This document shows positions 13,896 through 27,070 of a stretch of DNA of 64,000 bases, piece after piece. The first letter of the stretch is position 1, and the number at the start of each line of letters is the position of its first letter. The stretch covers positions 1-64,000 of the forward strand of contig JALDZS010000059.1 of the NCBI GenBank assembly GCA_022813965.1, in the 5' to 3' direction. The notes beneath the pieces are model-generated. The model worked only from the letters and a program-made list of their open reading frames with translations. It did not search any database and was not told the origin of the DNA. The stretch is from Toensbergia leucococca. Lineage: Eukaryota. The position numbers were made by a program, and so were the translations under genes.

Positions 13896-14899
13896 CAGCT
13901 AGGATAGAGAGTATTGAAGCTGAAGGGCTTACCAACGTTGAGAAGTACTCATACTATCGAGTTTCGAAAAGAAAGTCGCAGACGCCAGTCTCCATATCGG
14001 TCTCCGGCGCGGGGAGATGGACTGGAGGGGAGACGAGCAATGTGTTCCGATCTATTCTATTCCTTAGCAAAGGATTCCTCGATTATGAAATTACGTTCTC
14101 GTAGGGCTGTCTAATCTGTGTAATATTCTGTATCCGTATCCGTACTCCGTATGATTGTCGGGAATATTCTAAACGGTCGCATGATGGGGAAACATCACGA
14201 TTTTGCACGATACAAAGACCTGATCCTCCAATTCTCTAACGTGTCTTCTACCTCCTCAATTGCGTGCCATTCTGAAGCAAAATTGCCCAAGGAAATATCG
14301 CGATTTTGTATGATCATGTCAATCCTGACGCGATTCGTGTCCACTTCATCATCCGCCACTGTACTTGATTGCCTGTAAATCATGGACTGTTCCAGCCCTT
14401 CAGATTGTAGTCAGTAGAGGCGGAGATTCAGGTGAGAATGTGGTGCGAAATCATCATGTTTCTCTATCATGCGCCCGGAGGGAGTTGGTGGGTGGGGGTG
14501 TCGATGTATCAAAAAGGGTGTGTCCATAATCATTACCCGGACGAGCCGGAATAAATTGATCAATACAGCTCGCAGTGAAAAATGTAAGATTCCTGTATGA
14601 AGTCACTTCTGCTCTACCTTCAAACATGCCAACCCATGGTACGCTATAAGTACATTGAAGAAAATCTAAAGCATGCTAGAGAGCCACGTATCCTAGGGGA
14701 GATATCGTCTGCATTCATTTAGATGGACCACACCCTTTGACCGAAATTAGCTACCCAGCAGCTCCGTTGACCAATCCTCAGCCTCTTCATAACGCCATAA
14801 CATTACCAATGTACTGTCAGCCGATGACACTGTACGAAATCCATGGTTAGTCCTTACGTGTTGCCCTCTCCGCGCCACAACGCTCTCTGAAGTCGTCCT

Positions 14900-16205
14900 T
14901 TAGCTTCTTAAAGAATCTCTTGCGCTTAGACTGCTAGCACTCATTGGAGGGTTCGAAACCGGTAGAACTCCCATCACGGGTTTTGACGCTTGCCGAACCT
15001 TTGCCACCGCGTATACAATGCCGCTGACAAAACCTAGACCAATGGCCGAAACACTGGGAAGAGTGACGGGCGCATCAAAAAAGACAAGTCCACTCAATGC
15101 AATGGGTAGTTTGTTGAGTGCACCGACCATCGAATAAGTAGTTGAGGACGTTGTACGCACACACCATGCTGACGTATATGAAATGAAGACAGATGAGAGC
15201 CCCGAAAAGATCATGGCAAGGACGATGGTATTACGCTGCTCAAGAGGAAAGTTCTTCGTTATGTTCTCCGACGACCAGTTCTCGAGGAAGAGAGAGCAAA
15301 TCAGCAGGATCGGGATCGAGAGAAGGTTGTTGTAAAACATGGCTGCAGGGAAAAGGTTAGAAATACGTGCATGAATATCATTCATGTGAGACTCACTATC
15401 GAAGTCTTTGAAGTTGGTCAACTTTATACGCTTCCGCATCCCCAAGACGTAGGTGGTGGTACAGAAGCAATTGACCATCATCCACATATACCCAGCGTTT
15501 AGAGTGGAAACTTTGGCGGAAGCTTCTGTATCTGAGTGGCCGTAGTTTTGCAATGCATGCTGGATGTCTGCCCAAGCCGCAATGATGGAACTGAGAACCA
15601 TCAATCCGAAGGAAAATAGTGCCATTCCCGTCACAGAGCCGCCAAACCACAGAACCTCGCCATATGCAATCATGATGATAGTCAAGTTCTTGAAGATGGT
15701 GTATACAGGTACCGATAGAAATTGGAGCGCCTTGGAGCCGGTATAAATCATGCCGATAAGCAGTAGAGATATTGGGAACCCTACAGCGGTAAGTCAGTGA
15801 CATGATACCCGAAGATGCTCGAAGGCGTTGCGGCATACATTTTTTTGCTTCATCCGATTTGAAATCGCGGTATGTTATAATCCCTGAAGACTTGCAAGAC
15901 TGAATCGCAACTATACACACGACGTTCTATCCCAGTGTTAGGGTCGTATGTCAATGCCCAGCACGAAGACGTACCTGGACAGTAAGGAGAAAGAAGTTCA
16001 AATTAAAGTCTCTTCCCGAAAGAACGAACTTATTTGTTACGGTCATCAAGATGGATGAAACGCAGTAGCTAAGAATGGGAAACGCAGGGTTGTGTGTTGC
16101 TGGTGTGGGAGGCGGCCGAGCAGACAGCTTAGGAGGCTCAAATGTATTTCCATTGCGCTCTCCCATCTCGACAGTGAAGTCATCTCGTTTCTTGTCGTCG
16201 GCCAT
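14900..16205 (-). CDS. VRG4: Golgi GDP-mannose transporter, multi-exon
   Basis: [25 protein letters not shown] and the GALNK motif ([12 protein letters not shown]). Confidence 0.95.
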
Positions 16206-16774
16206 TCTGACTGTTACTAGAGGCTGCTACTAAACGAGGGATTGCGCAAGCTTGTGTTGAAAGGGGGAACGTAGAGTTCACAGGTTGAAAGGACAGGATG
16301 TTCAGCAGGAGATCAGTCTGTAAAGATTGTCAGCCATTATGAGTATCTACAGGCAAAGATTTGGAGGCGTACAGTAGCATGTATCTAAAGGAACTCCGGA
16401 CAGATGTTGCTGAAAGTTCGAAGTTGTTGTCAGCAATTAAAGAAGCTCGCTTAGAAAACACTAGCTGGGGTTGATGTTGTATCCTTGCCCTGAGTGCCCT
16501 CCACATATTTCAAGCACCGATGCACTCGATGATCCCGTTATGTTGAAAATGACTGTCAAGATAATCACAATTATATCACCTTGTCGAGACGGCTATGTGC
16601 CATAATAATGCCCTTTACGAACTTGTTCCCAGCTATTTTAATCTAAGATACCCGGCGCAAAACCGATGACCAGCCATTTGATCATAATTCACGCGTGGAG
16701 ACCGATGTGAAACATGGCCATCCACAATTAACATCATTCAAAGATCAACTCCTCCTCAACAACCTCAAGCAGCA

Positions 16775-17462
16775 ATGGCACAAATAGACAACAAAGTCTC
16801 CTTGTTGCTCGACGCTTCCAACGCCGAACCAGACGAAGATGATCTGCTCGACTCCCTTGAAAACGATCCCTCCCTCGATGGCTTTCGTGAGCAACGGTTG
16901 CAGCAATTGCACTCTGAATTTACAAGAGCAAAGCATATGCGGAATCAAGAGCATGGCACCTATACCGAAATCGTGGACGAAAAGGCATTGATGGAGACAA
17001 CAACGAGTACCAAAAACTGTGTAGTTCACTTCTTCAAAATGGATTTCAATCGCTGTAGGATCATGGACGAACATCTAGACGTGCGTAACCACGAACTGTA
17101 TACGCGTTCAGGAGAGAAAGAGCTGACGTGGCAATTCAACAATGAAGGCTCTAGCGCCTAAGCATTTCGATACGCGCTTCCTTCGAATCAATGTCGAGAA
17201 TGCCCCCTTTCTAGTAACGAAGCTAAAGATCCAGGTTCTTCCATGCGTGCTAGCCTTCCTGAACGGCATCAGTACCGACAGAATTGTAGGGTTCGAGGGT
17301 CTAGGATACAGCGAAGACACTTTTACTACTCGGGACCTAGAGACAAGACTTCTAGGAGCTGGCGTACTCACAAGAGCAAAGACAGCCGGTGGTGAAATGA
17401 TCCATAGAACCAAGCGCAAGCAGGCAGATAAGGATGACGGCAATGACGATGACTGGGATTGA
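16775..17462 (+). CDS. PLP1: Phosducin-like/thioredoxin-fold protein (Plp1/TXNDC9 type), 2 exons
   Basis: FREQRLQQLH, VVHFF..F.RCRIMDEHL/ALAPKH, NAPFLVTKLKIQVLPCV, DRIVGFEGLG. Confidence 0.85.
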
Positions 17463-18009
17463 TGACTGGAGATGATTCTCGTAGCATCTCTACCGCCGTT
17501 CTCCAGGTAGAAAGGAGGTCAAGCTTGTGATTATCCAAAGAATCCAGGGAATCAGAGACTTGATGTGTACGCTTCGTTGAGCCAGATACTTGTCGCATCG
17601 CAACGAGGGAGCCCTCTGAACTTCGAACGAAGCTTTGAGCATGAGATAGCATTGTTATGAAAGACGGCCTTTATGTCTGCTAGTATGGTTGCTCTGGATA
17701 TCCATTTACGTACACTAACACTAGCTATGTAAGTCTCGGAGGAGATCATGTACACTTGACTAAGTCACCAAAATCTTGCGAGGATCGAGGCAGTGACCCA
17801 ACAACATAAGCAAATCTTTCGCGAGATGCCAACACCCAATGCTCAAACACTGTTCCTTAGCGTGATATCACTTGGAAGTAGCCGACCTCCAGAAAAACCG
17901 GCTGGGTACACAGGAAAGAAAGACGATGAGACATGCAACTAGTTTATCCAAAGCAGCATCACGCCAAGTCGCCACCCAGCCATAAAAGTGTGCCAACCCT
18001 CCTTCTCAT

Positions 18010-19795
18010 TCACTGCTGCTTTTTGCCAGCCTTGTATCTCACTCCATGCGAGATAAGAAGATATTTTTTAAAGAAATCTTGGGCAAAGTCGTCAAACTTC
18101 TCGTACTCGGCACCCATGCGGTAGGCGGCGGCAATGCCTGAAACACAAGCAAGCTCATGCATGTTCTACAGAGGCACGTTAGATTTAACTCACGTTTATG
18201 AAAGAAGCGCATCGGTGGGGAGGGGGGGGCATTGAATCCGCGTACCACTAGCGTCCAAGATCCCGCAAACCATGTGTGGTTTTTACCATTAATGAACATC
18301 ATACCTGGGACTACCCGAGCATAATGCTGCCATCTGTGACCTAATTGATGCCACCATTTCTTTTCGATGACCTTGTCCTCGTCAATTCGATCGATGGTCC
18401 AAAGGTGCCGGTTGGTTTTATCCAGAAAAATGGATTGAAACACATGCTGGTCGTAGGGGATAGGGGCTTTGTCTGCGTCGTGATCCATACGAAACTGGTG
18501 CTGATAATTTGTACAATCAAAGGACATTTCAATCTTCTGTGGATCTTCCGGGTACGAGTGTGTATAGTACATGGGTCTATAGCCTCCGGGTTCACCGTCC
18601 AGACCTGTGGACTCGTTCTTGGCAAATTTGATTTGATCTTCTTGTTGTTTTGACTTTGGCTTTGCACATAGCTCAGGGTCAAAGCGCGTCTCATAGTTCT
18701 GCTGGAAATACTTGCTATCCGAATGAGTGATGGTAATGTCATCGAAAAACCTAGCTCCTCCCAAGACAAATTTCTCTTTCCATGTCGCCGTTTTACCCAA
18801 CAGCTTTTTTGCGTCGTCTGCCAAAACAGCCATCACCATCTCATCAAAATTGTCGGTCTTGGTAAGCGGCCCAGTGTGCTCGCCCTGATGGTCATTTTTA
18901 TCGGGATCAAATAGCTGTGTCTGAAGAATGACTCCCTTGTTACTTCTGCATAATATGGCCGTAACATCAGTGTTTAGTCGGATATCTACCCCTTTTGACC
19001 TGAGATCTGCAGCCCAATCTCCATAAAAATTCTCAAGGTGGGGAAAGGTCACCATGGTGGGGAGGTTCGGGAGTAGCGTCTCCGGATCGTAGTCCCAGAG
19101 TTTCATATTTGGATCATCAAACAATCGTTCCAAGATCGCACAGGAAACATTGGCGGTTTGATTCCCTGTTATGTTATTGGTGTGTGTGAGCCAGGGATTG
19201 TTATCTGTTCCAACACTTACCAGTACCCAGAAAGAGAGCAATGAGTGGGAAGACCATCTTGTCGCCAAAGTCCTTGCTGAAGAAAAACATACGAAGCATA
19301 ATTCTCACAGGAACAATACCCAGAATTGGCATGGTCCATTTGATTAGGGTTAGAACCTTGCCAAATTTCTTGATGTCGCTGGAGAATTGATCAACCAACT
19401 GACTTGGGAAGACGTTGGTCCAGAAACTGTCTGTGCCTTTCCCGAATGAGACCTGGAGCTTTACTTCTTGTGGCTCGTGACCGTATCTCCTGAAGAAATT
19501 AAAGGTATGCTTGAAGATGGGGGAGCCACCCTGCACGCCATCATTCAGCCATGAGGTGCCATATTTCTCCTTGTCAATGGGAATGGACGTGGCCTGGCCA
19601 CCGGTAACTGACATACGCTCGATGATAGTGACGTGAAACTTATCGGGATGTTGGGCAAGCGTTGCGGCACATGACTAGCATCTTGTTAAGGTGAATCAAG
19701 AAGGGGACATGTTCAGGATGCCATCGCACCATTCCAGCGGCACCAGCGCCAATGATAACCACATGCTTCTTCTCGTTTTGCAACATTTCAGACAT
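18010..19795 (-). CDS. FAD/NAD(P)-binding oxidoreductase (flavin amine oxidase-like), 4 exons
   Basis: N-terminal Rossmann motif VVIIGAGAAGM/SCA, GGQATS, NDGVQGGS; C-terminal FAGSWTLV/NMHELACVSGIAAAY. Confidence 0.85.
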
Positions 19796-20370
19796 GGACC
19801 CCAGCGAAGGGAATCAAGAGGCAAAAAAGCAAAAGGGGGGAGTATACAAGATATACATAATGATAATGGATATTGGGGGCCAGAAGTAGACCTCTCGACT
19901 ACATTGAGGTTAAGTGTTAAGCGTGCCCCGCGATGGGCGACGTTCAAGATCCAGGGCTCAAGATAGAATCCGGCCTAGAATGGCTCTTATTTGGTGGCAA
20001 TCCTAATCTCCTGGCGTCTGACTGGCTGAAGTGGAATGGTGACGATATTCTAGGAATGCGCTAATGCCAGATTGCCGGCCGAAGCCCGAGATATTCTAAC
20101 AGGTAACGTGACTTCGTGACACCGCGAATCCTTGCAGCACCATCATCCCAACATGTCGAGCACGTCTATCCATACGGATACTCGTACAGCGTACTCGTAA
20201 CACTAGTAATACGACTTAGTCATAATACCGCAATTTCAACTCAACTTTGAAGTTTGAACGTGGAAACCTGACTATTAGCCTGGCTTGTAAGATATCAGCA
20301 TATCTAAGCACTGTTAGGAATCTGTGCTTTTTCTCTTGTTGCTTAGTTTCTTTGTTCCTTGGTTTCAATT

Positions 20371-22285
20371 ATGATGGAGGACTCTGATGAAGATGAACAG
20401 CTCAGGATCGCCATAGCTATGTCTTTGCAAGAGAAGGGACGGGTTCCCAATGTTTTGAATCAAGGTCCTACATCAACCACACTCAAGGAAGTCATTGATC
20501 TTGATGGCGAAGGTGACAACTCAATTGCTACTTCATCGTGCCAGATTACACAAACAGCTCCTGCAGTCGACGAATCCACTAAATTGACGCCAGGAACGTA
20601 CAGTTACAACTTCTTAGGCCTCGATCGCAGAGCAATGGAAGAAGAAAGGCTTGCCCGCAAACGCAAAGCCTCCATATCGCCGCCACCCACTCGTAATACT
20701 AAGAAAGTCTCATCCAACGCAATTCCATCTGCCAGAATCTTGAGTAAAGGCAAATCCTCAGGCCCACTTTACGGACCCATACCATTGCCCGAGACTACCC
20801 CACAGCTCAAAGGATCCTCGCCACGCACCCTCTCGAATGGAAATGTAATGAGGTTTCCTAATGGCGTCGTCAAAAAGACGTGGGCGTTTGGTCATGAGAG
20901 AAAGGACGATATCAAGATTGAAGAAGTCCTACAGCCGACGCATCTGACTCTGGCAGTACTCAGTTCGTTCCAGTGGGATGTTGAATGGCTGTTGGGCAAG
21001 CTCAAAGCAAGTAGCACAAAAATGGTATTTGTGATGCAGGCTAAGGAGGACTCGGTCAAGCGGCAGTATGAGACGGAGACAGCTGATATGCCAAATCTTC
21101 ATCTCTGCTTTCCCTCGATGGAAGGCCAAATCAATTGCATGCATTCAAAGCTCATGCTACTCGCTTATTCAACGTATCTACGAATCGTGGTTCCATCCGC
21201 CAATTTAGTACCCTATGACTGGGGAGAGAGCGGAATCATGGAGAATACTGTGTTCGTAATTGATCTACCACGTTTGCCTGGCGATGAGCACGCTGCCTTG
21301 GAAAACATGACCTTCTTTGGACAAGAGCTTGTTCACTTCCTTCATGCTATGGGACTCGAAACAAATATTATTAATAGCGTCCATAGTTTCGACTTCTCCG
21401 CGACGGAAGACATTGCATTTATTCATGCTATTGGGGGTACTCATCATGGAGATGCTGGACAATGGCAGCGCACTGGGTATTGTGGACTTGGACGAGCCAT
21501 TAGCCACCTTGGACTAGGGAGTAAAAAGCCCCTTAAAATTGATTTTGTTACCTCTTCAATCGGGTCTTTAAACGTCGAGTTCCTCACAGCGTTATATCTT
21601 GCTGCTCAAGGCGACGATGGGCTTACCGAATATGAATGGAGGAATGCAAAGTCAGCGAAAGCGAGGAACAGCAAGACAGGTCAGCAGAATGTCATGGCTA
21701 TTCAGGATCAGACCAAGCGTTGTGTTGATGAAAATTTCCACATCTACTTCCCCACGCAAGACACTGTTGCACAATCAAAGGGGGGTGTTGCTTCTGGTGG
21801 AACAATTTGCTTTCAGTCCAAATGTTATAGCTCTCCCACGTTTCCACAACACCTACTGCGAGATTGCAAAAGCCAGAGACAGGGCATGTTGATGCACAAC
21901 AAGGTATGACTTTCAACCCGATCCTCGCATTGATGCTAAGTCGTCACCCATTCAGATGCTGTTCGTTCACCAGAAAGAAAATGAAGATCTTCAGAGCAAT
22001 CCAGTTCCCAACGCTTGGGTATACATTGGTTCTGCAAATTGTTCAGAAAGCGCATGGGGTCGACTTGTCAAGGACAGAGTCTCCAAAAGACCAAAGCTGA
22101 GTTGTCGAAACTGGGAGTGTGGCGTGGTATTACCATTGAATCAAGGACAAAGATATGGCGCAATTGCTAAAACGTCAAGCAAGCAAGGTGGGCTGGACGT
22201 ATTCGATAGCCTGATCCCAATCCCAATGCAGTATCCGGGCGATAAATACGGGGATCGTAAGCCTTGGTTCTATTCGCAGCTGTAG
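20371..22285 (+). CDS. Tyrosyl-DNA phosphodiesterase-like (PLD superfamily) protein with an N-terminal ubiquitin-interacting motif, 2 exons
   Basis: Two HxK motifs (MHSKLMLL...SANL; MHNK/MLFV...YIGSANCSESAWG), NWECGVV, and a UIM-like DEDEQLRIAIAMSLQE. Confidence 0.88.
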
Positions 22286-24620
22286 CAAGACTATCGAATT
22301 CCTCACGTAACGAGAATGGCACATGTCTTGTTTCCAAGCTCAGTGGTAGACGAGAAGATGTATAGCGCCCATAGAAGAGGGAATCCTGCGAAAGAACATT
22401 AAGTGGTCATGGACATCTTACTGGATTGCATGTGATGAAGAAAATCATAGTGCTGTGATGGTGTGGAAGAGCGAACGAATTGTACGAGCCTTGGATCGTT
22501 CATTATTGCTGACAGCAGGTAGATGAAAGTCTGAAAATCCACTAAATAGTGGTAAGAGCTCGATCGGATTAGGACGAAGCATGAGGTTTCGCCACTTATG
22601 TCATGGCAGGAACACTGTTTCTGTTGCCTATAGGGCTCAAGAAAGACCCCTCTCCCCTCTCGATGACCATGATCAGAATTGAGTGGACTGTTTTATTGGG
22701 AGGTAATGAAGTCGCATTCAACCTTCCTGAGGGCACGCTCAACGCGTGTACCACTGGAACGATAGCTTTGTGATTGCGGAGAGACTGAATCTTAGAGGCG
22801 ATAGTGTTAATGTTGTGGATTGAATTTGATCGTCTTAAGAAGGATTTCCGAGTACAATGTTCTTGTGCGCGTTGAAAAGATGGAGATGAGAATTCACATG
22901 CTATGTATTTTGAGGGAGACATTGAAGGCCGCCTAGAGTAGAATAGCCGTTCCTGCTTACTGGGGTTCTCACTTCTCACTTCTCACTTCTCACTTAGAAT
23001 ACTGCTCTGCGTCAATTGAGCTGATGTTGGTCGGAATGTCAAGCACGTGATATCGAGGGATGGGACACCAGGATGCCTGAAATCTGAATGGCCATGGATA
23101 TGCAGTTGTTATTATCCACGGCCGGAAGTATCCGTTTAATTCGAGATGTTGCATCTGGCCCAAAAAGCCTCTCGGAATCATTCCTGGTCATCAGACTACA
23201 GCGACACGCGCCATTCGCCCATATTCTAGCTAGGTAGTTGCAGAGCAATGAGCATTGGTGGCTTGTGCTGCCTTAGTCGCTTGCCCGACTGGCCACTCTC
23301 CCACTGTACGAGTCCGCTGTCCACCTCATACCTCATACCCTACATGCGCCTAGGCTCCTTCTGATCATTCACTGCCACTCCTACCTGCCTGGTACACTGT
23401 AATCGCGCCACGTCACAGCCTCTACGATACTCGTTCGTTGCCTGGCACCTTTGCATATTACTCATTGCTCATTGCTCTCCGGTCGTTCGGCCAGCACACG
23501 GCACTCACGGTACGTAGTCAGTATCTACGTAGTCCGTAGTCAGTAATGCCCAAGGCTATCGCTGCCGTCTCCCCAATTCTCTGAGGGGTAGTCTTATCCT
23601 GGACCAGACCAAGATGGCTTTCCCACGCAGCTAGCATCATTAGCCGGACTGGTAAGCACTAGGATCATCCCTGAAGTAGCGGTGGGCTAGGTTCTTCTGC
23701 CGCCTTGTTGCTGGAAGCGTGCAAACACAGGCCAGACGGCGCGACCCCGGTACTACTGGAGCTGATCAAGGACAAGGAGCAGTCGAGAGCGAGCAGAGCA
23801 CGGCGGATCATTTTCATTTGCCGCACAGACGGCTGAATCCGGCAAGTCCAAGTCCAGGCAAGCTCCAACAACTTCGAAAATTGAACCATCGTCAACGACG
23901 ACCATTCTAGTAGTAGTAGCACCGGGGAACAGACGCACCAAAAAGCCTGTGCAAGTAGAGAAAGTGTAAACCGGCACACTTTGACCTAAACTTTTGCCCA
24001 CAGATACTGCCATACCCACTCTGCCTTTTGTTCACTGGCCTCAACGGCCTCTGGTACCCCGGATTGGCAGCAGGCTAAGCCTCGGAAGTTAATCAGGAAG
24101 GATCTTCAAAAGTGAGTTGGTTGATACTTTTCGCTTCTATGCAACTCACTCATACTCTAAATTGGTTTCTTAAATCTGCCCTCGAGTCTCACCAAGTCCT
24201 GTGTCTGAATCATCGTGGGGGCCTTTCTTCAAGAAACCGTCCTACGGTACTGCTGATTTGCCGGCCGTCTACGAGTACATACGCACCAATGGCATTCGTT
24301 GTTCAATAAGTTGACCTTTGCTGATTAGGTTGGATCCTCGGACGTCCCTCACTTCTCTGTCTTCACACCTTGTTCTCTCCCCGTATTAGCTCCCATCAGG
24401 ACCGTTGGAGATTGACTTTGTATCTTCACGAACTCAAATTCGAGTACAGCTCTCTTCCACCGCCTTTCACCCATTCACTTGGACACTTATACTCTTCTTC
24501 TACAGCTTATTCCAACTAATCGCACTGATCCTTCGTCCGCCGAGGAAGACTCTCTTCTATTGGAAAGTCCTCTGAACCACCAGTCTCGCTATCCGTATAC
24601 TCGAGAGGTCAGAGCACATC

Positions 24621-25895
24621 ATGTCTAATAGACCTCTCGAACCCACATTCTATGGCCACGTTGCAAGCACCAAAGACGCCCTGGTCCTCTTCGAAGCTTG
24701 TCTCAGTGGCATCCTTCCCCACGTTCCACGCCGTCCGCATGATCGCGAACGCGCCCACCTCATCAAAAGTGGCCATGTCTTTATCTACGAAGAAAATGCC
24801 TCGGGTATCAAGCGATGGACAGACGGCGTACCCTGGAGCCCCAGCCGAATCAAGAGCAACTTCCTCCTGTATCGTGAACTTGCAAAGCCATTCGCGCCAG
24901 GCGAGAAGAAAAAAGCAATCAAGAGGAATCAAAGACCCACCAAACGGGGCGAGCCGTACCCCAGACCTTTCGCAGAGAAGGAAAGTAACAACAGTTCTGC
25001 TGCATTGTCGCCAACGTCACCCTCCACACCGAGTACAAAGGCTCAAGGAAGCTTTGATAACGATGCTGAGGAACGTGATCTGACAGGCTCGCTGGTTGAC
25101 TCGTACGATTTCAAGGAGGACGGACTGTTTAAGAAGACGATGAGTGTTGTGGTGCAAAACGTGCGCCACCATCTTGTCTCGTACTACGCGGTCGCAGATG
25201 TCAAGAGTGGGAAGCTTGGTCCACCAGCGAAGAGCCTTCTTCATCCCCGCCTTGCAAAGGTTCAACCACGCGCGGATTTGACAATGTCACAAAATTTCCG
25301 AACGCCCATCGAGGACGTCGAAGATGGCATGCAGGATTCAATAGACGGATCGCAAAGCCACTACTATGAGATGTCAAATGGCTATGATACAAGGCCTGTG
25401 TTGAGTCATTCATCAATGATAACCAACCACATGTACTTTGGGGGGGCGCATTCGAGTGCGGCGCCGAATTTGCCGGCGATGGCTCTCACCACCTCGATCC
25501 CGTCGATAAGTAGCAGCTTCCATGTGCCTGTACAACAAATGACATCCAGGCCAGAGGACTTTAACCTCTATTCAGGCGCGCAGTTTCCCCGTAGCTATGA
25601 CAACTTCAACGGCACAGGAAATGCAAGTCAGCCCTATCATCAACTCCAAGCAAGGCCTATCCAGACTCCCCGAGCAATGTCTACAATCAATATTCCTTCC
25701 ACCGTCTATGCCCCCAATTCAGCTCCACCGGCACGTCCTCACGGGAACATGGGGCATTACGCCCCAGGTAATCCATCGTGGGAGCCCTCCCCGACTGGTG
25801 GGCATGGTCACCCAGCTTCCCACTACGGACAACATGGTGCTTGGCCAAGCCAAAATCCCTTGGACACGAGACATATTTATCCACCTCGTTCATGA
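24621..25895 (+). CDS. WOPR (Gti1/Pac2) family transcription factor, Wor1/Ryp1/Sge1 clade
   Basis: PTFYGHV, RRPHDRER, SGIKRWTDGVPWSPSR, PGEKKK, GSLVDSYDFKEDGLFKKT, HHLVSYY. Confidence 0.93.
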   Translation: MSNRPLEPTFYGHVASTKDALVLFEACLSGILPHVPRRPHDRERAHLIKSGHVFIYEENASGIKRWTDGVPWSPSRIKSNFLLYRELAKPFAPGEKKKAIKRNQRPTKRGEPYPRPFAEKESNNSSAALSPTSPSTPSTKAQGSFDNDAEERDLTGSLVDSYDFKEDGLFKKTMSVVVQNVRHHLVSYYAVADVKSGKLGPPAKSLLHPRLAKVQPRADLTMSQNFRTPIEDVEDGMQDSIDGSQSHYYEMSNGYDTRPVLSHSSMITNHMYFGGAHSSAAPNLPAMALTTSIPSISSSFHVPVQQMTSRPEDFNLYSGAQFPRSYDNFNGTGNASQPYHQLQARPIQTPRAMSTINIPSTVYAPNSAPPARPHGNMGHYAPGNPSWEPSPTGGHGHPASHYGQHGAWPSQNPLDTRHIYPPRS

Positions 25896-26864
25896 TAAGC
25901 AGCAAGACGAGGATCACGAGTTATGGCTACTTTAGCTTACCCGAGCAGTTGAGGGTTCTCATGCTCGAAGCATGGCTACTGGACATGAGATATGAAAAAT
26001 ATGAGGCACGGAGTGCGATTACTGTTGTGGCCTCGTCCATGACAGGGAGAAAGGAACAGGTCATGCATTGCCACGCCCGACGGTCCGGTTCGCAGGGGTG
26101 GAGGGTGGCGGTTTGGTTAATAAGTTCATGGGTACATAGGTGTACATTGCTGGCATAATTAGATTTCTTTGGTGAGTCCTTATGCACCATTGGCGGCATT
26201 GTTATTGGCGGCACGGCAGGATTCATAGACGTGCGAGAGGACACGGAGTTTATCTTGTTCGGTGGGCGGCTTGTCAGATGTATACTTTGCTCCCGGGAAA
26301 AAAGGGGGGCGTTTACAGGGTCGTTTTGTATTGCTCAAAATTCATGTACATCTAAAATGTCGTCTTGTCTGCAGATTGCCATTCTGCGGACAAGATGAGT
26401 ATTACATAAAATTTCATAATCGCTTTGGCGATTCAGTGTGGACCGAGGGAAGCTGTGGAGTATTGGGAGGTATCACTGTCTTGCCGTACTCATTAAGTTC
26501 TCGGCTTCTACGGCACACCCGACTTCTACAGGCTCGATAGGGTACCTAGTTGGGATTTGAAAATGACAGTTTCGGGTCCTTGCGGACACTCCGGGTAGTG
26601 GCTGGAGCTGGCGGGAGTGTTGGAGCGGAACGATTGGCGTGATGGACAAGGTTGAAAGTTAATTGAGGTGGTGGGAATAGGGAAGCGGGAAATGCAAAGC
26701 TTGATTGATTTATTGTAGTAGAGTAGTGGCACAGTGGCACAGTGGCACAGTCGAGACTCGAGAGTGCCTTAGGTAAGCTCGCAAAGTAAGGTACTTATTT
26801 CCACTCGTTCTATTGGTGGTATCATTGCGAGACGCTTGTAAATAACAGTTACAATGGTGACGCA

Positions 26865-26940
26865 CAGAGGGTAAGGTACCTCTACCTACCTTACTTACCT
26901 TAGGCCTACCTACCTACCTCCCTACCTACCGACCTATCTG
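26865..26940. repeat. TACC/AGGT low-complexity tandem tract upstream of CRD1
   Basis: ggtaaggtacctctacctaccttacttaccttaggcctacctacctacctccctacctacc. Confidence 0.7.
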
Positions 26941-27070
26941 TATTTCGGATCCAAACAGGGCCAGGAGTGCCAGGTCAATTTCATCTGCATGTTTTCAATC
27001 CCGACTTAGAAACTTCACCATTGGCCAGGGTAGAACATCATGCAACGTTGATGCTTACTATTGCCAAAGC

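Noticed and set aside
14195..14383. Protein-like 62-aa minus-strand ORF
   Set aside because: Short, with no motif and no supported exon structure.
22271..22295. TDP1-like C-terminal SQL as a PTS1, and TAG-CAA as a readthrough signal
   Set aside because: Weak PTS1 variant on a probably nuclear enzyme, and CAAGAC does not match the CARYYA consensus.
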